NCBI RefSeq assembly: GCF_009914755.1
Contig: NC_060933.1
Length of the DNA stretch: 64,000 bases
Reading direction: 5' to 3' (one strand)
From: the human T2T-CHM13v2.0 reference genome, Homo sapiens
Each line of letters starts with the position of its first letter. Positions within the stretch are counted from its first letter, which is position 1. The position numbers and the translations under genes were made by a program. The notes beneath the pieces were generated by a model that worked only from the letters and a program-made list of their open reading frames with translations, ran no database searches and was not told the DNA's origin. Below, in pieces: positions 57,201 through 64,000 of this stretch.

Positions 57201-60200
57201 AATGGAGTGGAACGGAATGGAATGGAATGGAACAACCCGAATGGAATGGAATGTAATGGAGAGTAAGGGAGTTGAATAGAATCAATCCGAATGTAATGGA
57301 ATGGAACGGAATGGAATGGAATGGAATGGAATGGAATGCAATGGAATGGAATCAACCCGAGTACAATGGAATGGAATGGAATGGAATGGAATGGCATGGA
57401 ATGGAATGGAGTGATACGGAATAGAATGGAATGGAACGAAATGGAATGGAATGGAATGGAATGGAATGGAATGGAGTGGAATCGTTCCGAGTGGAATAGC
57501 AGGGAATGTATTCGAGTGGAATGGAAAGGAATGGAATCAACCAGAGTAGAATGGAAGGGAATGGAATGGAATGGAAACTAATAGAATGGAATCAACCCGA
57601 GTGGAATGGAATGGAAAGGACTGGAATGGAAAGGAATGGAATGGAATGGAATGGAATGGAATGGAATGGAATGGAATCAACGCGAGTGCAGGGGAATGGA
57701 ATGGAATGGAATGGAATGGAATGGAATGGAATCAACGCGAGTGCAGGGGAATGGAATGGAATCGAATGGAATGGAATGGAATGGAATGGAATTAACCCGA
57801 GTGCAGGGGAATGTAATGGAACGGAATGCAATGGAATGGAATCATCCGGAATGGAATGGAATGGAATGGAATGGAATCAACCCGAGTGCAATGGAATGGA
57901 GTGGAATGGAATGGAATGGAATGGAACAACCCGAATGGAATGGAATGTAATGGAGAGTAAGGGAGTTGAAAAGAATCAATCCGAATGTAATGGAATGGAA
58001 TGGAACGGAACGGAATGGAATGGAATGGAATGGAATGCAATGGAATGGAATCAACCCGAGTACAATGGAATGGAATGGAATGGAATGGAATGGAATGGAA
58101 TGGAATGGAATGGAATGGAATGCAATGGAATGGAATCTTCCGGAATGGAATGGAATGGAATGGAATGGAATGGAATGGAATGGAATGCAATGGATTCAAC
58201 TCGATTGCAAAGGAATGGAATAGAATGGAATGGAATGGAATGGAATGGAATTATACCGAATAGAATGGAATGGAATGGAATGGAACGGAACGGAACGGAA
58301 CGGAACGGAACGGAACTGAACGGAGTGGAATGGAATGGAATGGAATTGTATGGAATGGAATGGCATGGTACGGAATAGAATGGAAGGGAAAGAATTGGAA
58401 TGGAATGGAATCGAATGGAATGGAATGGAATGGAATGGAATGGAATGCAATGGATTCAACTCGATTGCAATGGAATGGAATAGAATGGAATGGAATGGAA
58501 TGGAATGGAATTATACCGAATAGAATGGAATGGAATGGAATGGAACGGAACGGAACGGAACGGAACGGAACGGAACGGAACTGAACGGAGTGGAATGGAA
58601 TGGAATGGAATTGCATGGAATGGAATGGCATGGTACGGAATAGAATGGAAGGGAAAGAATTGGAATGGAATGGAATCGAATGGAATGGAATGGAATGGAA
58701 TGGAATGGAATCAACCCGAGTGCAGGGGAATGTAATGGAACGGAATGCAATGGAATGGAATCATCCGGAATGGAATGGAATGGAATGGAATGGAATGGAA
58801 TGGAATGGAATCAACCCGAGTGCAATGGAATGGAGTGGAATGGAATGGAATGGAATGGAACAACCCGAATGGAATGGAATGTAATGGAGAGTAAGGGAGT
58901 TGAAAAGAATCAATCCGAATGTAATGGAATAGAATGGAACGGAACGGAATGGAATGGAATGGAATGGAATGCAATGGAATGGAATCAACCCGAGTACAAT
59001 GGAATGGAATGGAATGGAATGGAATGGAATGGAATGGAATGCAATGGAATGGAATCATCCGGAATGGAATGGAATGGAATGCAATGGAATGGAATGGAAT
59101 GGAATCAACCCGAGTGCAATGGAATGGAGTGAAATGGAATGGAATGGAATGGAAACAACCAGAATGGATTGGAATATAATGGAGTGTAAGGGAATTGAAT
59201 AGAATAAATCTGAATGTAATGAAATGGAATGGAACGGAATGGAATGGAATGGAATGGAATGGAATGGAATGGAATGGAATCAACTCGATTGCAATCGACT
59301 GGAATGGAATGGAATTAACCCGAATAGAATGGAATGGAATGGAATGGAACGGAACGGAATGGAATGGAATGGAATGGAATGGAATGGAACGGAAAGGAAT
59401 GGAATGCAATGGAATGGAATGGAATGGAATGGAATCAACGCGAGTGCAGGGGAATGGAATGGAATGGAATGCAATGGAATGGAATCTTCCGGAATGGAAT
59501 GGAATGGAATGGAATGGAATGGAATGGAATGGAATCAACCCGAGTGCAATGGAATGGAGTGGAATGGAATGGAATGGAAGGGAACATACCGAATGGAATG
59601 GAATGTAATGGAGAGTAAGGGAGTTGAATAGAATCAATCCGAATGTAATGGAATGGAATGGAACGGAATGGATTTGAATGGAATGGAATGGAATGCAATG
59701 GAATGGAATCAACCCGAGTGCAATGGAATGGAGAGGAATGGAATGGAATGGAATGGAAACTACCCGAATGGAATGGAATGTAATGGAGTGTAAGGGAATT
59801 GAATAGAATCAATCCGAATGTAATGGAATGGAATGGAACGGAATGGAATGGAATGGAATGGAATGGAATGCAATGGAATGGAATCAACCCGAGTGCAATC
59901 GAATGGAATCGAATGGAATGGAATGCAATGGAATGGATTCAACTTGAATGGAATGGAAAGAATGGAATCAACACGAGTGGAATGGCATGGAATGGAATGG
60001 AATGGAATGGAATGGAATGGAATGGAATCAACCCAAGTACAGGGGAATGGAATGGAATGGAATGCAATGGAATGGAATCATCCGCAATGGAATGGAAAGG
60101 AATGGAATGGAATGGAATGGAATGGAATCAACTCGATTGCAATCGAATGGAATGGAATGGAATTAACCCGAATAGACTGGAATGGAATGGAATGGAACGG

Positions 60201-63200
60201 AACGTAATGGAGTGGAATGGAATGGAATGGAATGGAACGGAACGGAATGGAATGGAATGGAATGGAATGGAATGGAATCAACGTGACTGCAGGGGAATGG
60301 AATGGAATGGAATGCAATGGAATGGAATCTTCCGGAAAGGAATGGAATGGAATGGAATGGAATGAAATGCAATGGATTCAACTCGATTGCAATGGAATGG
60401 AATAGAATGGAATGGAATGGAATGGAATGGAATTAATCCGAATAGAATGGAATGGAATGGAATGGAATGGAATGGAATGGAACGGAACGGAATGGAATGG
60501 AATGGAATGGAATGGAATGGAATGGTATGCAATGGAATGGAATGGTACGGAATAGAATGGAATGGAACGAATTGTAATGGAATGGAATTGAATGGAATGG
60601 AATGGAATGGAATGGAATGGAATGGAATCAACGGGAGTGCAGGGGAATGTAATGGAACGGAACGCAATGGAATGGAATCATCCGGAATGGAATGGAATGG
60701 AATGGAATGGATTGGAATGGAATGGAATCAACCCGAGTGCAATGGAATGGAGTGGAATGGAATGGAATGGAATGGAACAACCCGAATGGAATGGAATGAA
60801 ATGGAGAGTAAGGGAGTTGAATAGAATCAATCCGAATGTAATGGAATGGAATGCAACGGAATGGAATGGAATGGAATGGAATGGAATGGAATGGAATGGA
60901 ATGGAATGCAAAGGAATGGAATCAACCCGAGTACAATGGAATGGAATGGAATGGAATGGAATGGAATGGAATGGAATGGATTGGAATACCTTCAAACCGA
61001 ATGGAATGGAAAGGAATGGAATCAACACGAGTGGAATGGAATGGAATGGAATGGAATGGAATGGAATGGCATGGAATGGAATGGAATGATACGGAATAGA
61101 ACGGAATGGAACGAAATGGAATGGAATGGAATGGAATGGAATGGAATGGAATGGAATGGAATGGAATCGTTCCGAGTGGAATAGGAGGGAATGTATTCGA
61201 GTGGAATGGAAAGGAATATAATCAACCAGAGTAGAATGGAAGGGAATGGAATGGAATGGAAACTAATAGAATGGAATCAACCCGAGTGGAATGGAATGGA
61301 AAGGACTGGAATGGAAAGGAATGGAATGGAATGGAATGGAATGGAATGGAATGGAATGGAATCAACGCGAGTGCAGGGGAATGGAATGGAATCGAATGGA
61401 ATGGAATGGAATGGAATGGAATCAACCCGAGTGCAGGGGAATGTAATGGAACGGAATACAATGGAAAGGAATCATCCGGAATGGAATGGAATGGAATGGA
61501 ATGGAATGGAATCAACCCGAATGCAATGGAATGGAGTGGAATGGAATGGAATGGAATGGAACAACCCGAACGGAATGGAATGTAATGGAGAGTAAGGGAG
61601 TTGAAAAGAATCAATCCGAATGTAATGGAATGGAATGGAACGGAATGGAATGGAATGGAATGGAATGGAATGGAATGGAATGGAATGGAATGGAATGCAA
61701 TGGAATGGAATCAACCCGAGTACAATGGAATGGAATGGAATGGAATGGAATGGAATGGAATGGAATGGAATGGAATGGAATGGAATGGAATGCAATGGAA
61801 TGGAATCTTCCAGAATGGAATGGAATGGAATGGAATGGAATGGAATGTAATGCAATGGATTCAACTCGATTGCAATGGAATGGAATAGAATGGAATGGAA
61901 TGGAATGGAATGGAATTAAACCGAATAGAATGGAATGGAATGGAATGGAACGGAACAGAACGGAACGGAACGGAACGGATTGGAATGGAATGGAATGGAA
62001 TTGTATGGAATGGAATGGAATGGTACGGAATAGAATGGAATGGAAAGAATAGGAATGGAATGGAATCGAATGGAATGGAATGGAATGGAATGGAATCAAC
62101 CCGAGTGCAGGGGAATGTAATGGAACGGAATGCAATGGAATGGAATCATCCGGAATGGAATGGAATGGAATGGAATGGAATGGAATGGAATGGAATGGAA
62201 TCAACCCGAGCGCAATGGAATGGAGTGGAATGGAATGGAATGGAATGGAGCAACCCGAATGGAATGGAATGTAATGGAGAGTAAGGGAGTTGAATAGAAT
62301 CAATCCGAATGTAATGGAATGGAACGGAATGGAATGAAGTAGAATGGAATGGAATGGAATGGAATGCAATGGAATGGAATCAACCCGAGTACAATGGAAC
62401 GGAATGGAATGGAATGTAATGTAATGGAATGGAATGGAATGGAATGGAATGGAATGGAATCAACCCGAGTGCAATGGAATGGAGAGGAATGGAATGGAAT
62501 GGAATGGAAACTACCCGAATGGAATGGAATGTAAGGGAGTGTAAGGGAATTGAATAGAATCAATCCGAATGGAATGGAATGGAATGGAACGGAATGCAAT
62601 GTAATGGAATGGAATGGAGTCAACCCGAGTGCAGGGGAATGGAATGGAATGGAATGCAATGGAATGGAATCATCCGGAATGGAATGGAATGGAATGCAAT
62701 GGAGTGGTATGGAATGGAATGGAATCAACCTGAGTGCAATGGAATGGATTGAAATGGAATGGAATGGAATGGAGACAACCAGAATGGATTGCAATATAAT
62801 GGAGTGTAAGGGAATTGAATAGAATCAATCTGAATGTAATGAAATGGAATGGAACGGAATGGAATGGAATGGAATGGAATGGAATGGAATGGAATGGAAT
62901 GCAATGGAATGGAATCAACCCGAGTGCAATCGAATGGAATCTAATGGAATGGAATGCAATGGAATGGATTCAACTTGAATGGAATGGAAAGAATGGAATC
63001 AACACGAGTGGAATGGGATGGATTGGAATGGAATGGAATGGAATCAACCAGAGTATAGGGGAATGGAATGGAATGGAATGCAATGGAATGGAATCATCCG
63101 TAATGGAAAGGAAAGGAATGGAATGGAATGGAATGGAATGGAATGGAATGGAATCAACTCGATTGCAATCAAATGGAATGGAATGGAATTAAGCGAATAG

Positions 63201-64000
63201 AATGGAATGGAATGGAATGGAACGGAACGGAATGGAATGGAATGGAATGGAATGGAATGGAATGGAACGGAAAGGAAGGGAATGGAATGGAATAGAATGG
63301 AATGGAATGGAATCAACGCGAGTGCAGGGGAATGGAATGGAATGGAATGGAATGGAATCAACGCGAGTGCAGGGGAATGGAATGGAATGGAATGCAATGG
63401 AATGGAATCTTCCGGAATGGAATGGAATGGAATGGAATGGAATGGAATGGAATCAACCCGAGTGCAATGGAATGGAGTGGAATGGAATGGAATGGAATGG
63501 AACAACCCGAATGGAATGGAATGGAATGGAGAGTAAGGGAGTTGAATAGAATAAATCCGAATGGAATGGAATGGAATGGAATGGAATGGAATGGAATGGA
63601 ATGGAATGCAATGCAATGGAATGGAATCAACCCGAGTGCAATGGAATGGAGAGGAATGGAATGGAATGGAATGGAAACTACCCGAATGGAATGGAATGGA
63701 ATGGAGTGTAAGGGAATTGAATAGAATCAATCCGAATGGAATGGAATGGAATGGAACGGAATGGAATGGAATGGAATGGAATGGAATCAACCCGAGTGCA
63801 GGGGAATGGAATGGATTGGAATGCAATGGAATGGAATCATCCGGAATGGAATGGAATGGAATGCAATGGAATGGAATGGAATGGAATCAACCCGAGTGCA
63901 ATGGAATGGAGTGAAATGGAATGGAATGGAATGGAGACAACCAGAATGGATTGGAATATAATGGAGTGTAAGGGAATTGAATAGAATAAATCTGAATGTA

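Larger units (their letters stand above)
1..64000 (+). repeat. Human Satellite III (HSat3) pericentromeric array, (GGAAT)n with CAACCCGA(G/A)T-type interruptions; G-rich strand is +
   Basis: Seen: GGAAT pentamers dominate every line, punctuated by CAACCCGAGT, CAACTCGATT, CAACGCGAGT and TAACCCGAAT. Established: (GGAAT)n plus CAACCCGA(A/G)T is the classical satellite III signature; HSat2 has far shorter perfect pentamer runs. Confidence 0.98.

Noticed and set aside
8-63984. Hundreds of ORFs of 60-392 aa on both strands
   Set aside because: They are direct translations of the pentamer (MEWNG/FHSIP), overlap in all frames, and have no domain-like or unique sequence.
1-64000. CRISPR-like repeat/spacer appearance
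   Set aside because: The apparent spacers are mutated pentamers that recur many times, repeat lengths vary, and there are no cas genes or leader.
1-64000. Telomeric repeat, HSat2, alpha satellite or CENP-B boxes
   Set aside because: There is no TTAGGG array (TAAGGG occurs only singly), no 171-bp alphoid monomer and no CENP-B box. Long perfect GGAAT runs with CAACCCGAGT indicate HSat3.
1-64000. Strand inversion or Alu/L1 insertion
   Set aside because: No ATTCC runs appear on the + strand, and there is no non-satellite stretch, poly(A) tail or target-site duplication.
1-64000. Canonical G-quadruplex motifs
   Set aside because: G-tracts are nearly all GG, and the GGG/GGGG tracts are isolated, never four in close succession.
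1-64000. DYZ1 (3.5-kb) or D15Z1 (1.8-kb) identity, or a pathogenic SCA31-type expansion
   Set aside because: There is no regular 3.5-kb or 1.8-kb period and no unique flanking gene sequence; the 3.7-kb offsets are local and explained by inserted blocks.
1-64000. A novel gene-encoded biological system
   Set aside because: Nothing in the window supports one; only satellite architecture and motif grammar are supported.

Overview
The whole 64 kb is one uninterrupted, single-orientation array of human-type Satellite III (HSat3): (GGAAT)n on the + strand, interspersed with diverged modules such as CAACCCGAGT, CAACTCGATT, TAACCCGAATAG and GTAAGGGAGTTG. I see no credible protein-coding gene, RNA gene, transposon, CRISPR array or inversion. 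Every ORF in the track is a (MEWNG)n or (FHSIP)n read-out of the pentamer. One recurring ~150-bp module matches, from memory, the chromosome 9 SatIII probe pHuR98, so 9q12 (HSat3B5, the nuclear stress body locus) is the likeliest origin; this needs an alignment. The information lies in the variant grammar: (i) about 37 perfect three-unit heat-shock elements (GGAAT-CTTCC-GGAAT) plus an 11-kb stretch where they are all degraded; (ii) nested duplications, including a ~2.7-kb unit, an apparently exact 7,281-bp tandem duplication, older ~13-kb offset copies and many 40-520-bp local duplications; (iii) a conserved 175-bp paired module; (iv) a strong bias to -1 register slips; (v) CpG-creating (GGAAC)n runs; (vi) variant-defined sub-domains. 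I found no new gene system. Coordinates and counts were read by eye and from the ORF track, so they may be off by a few bases.
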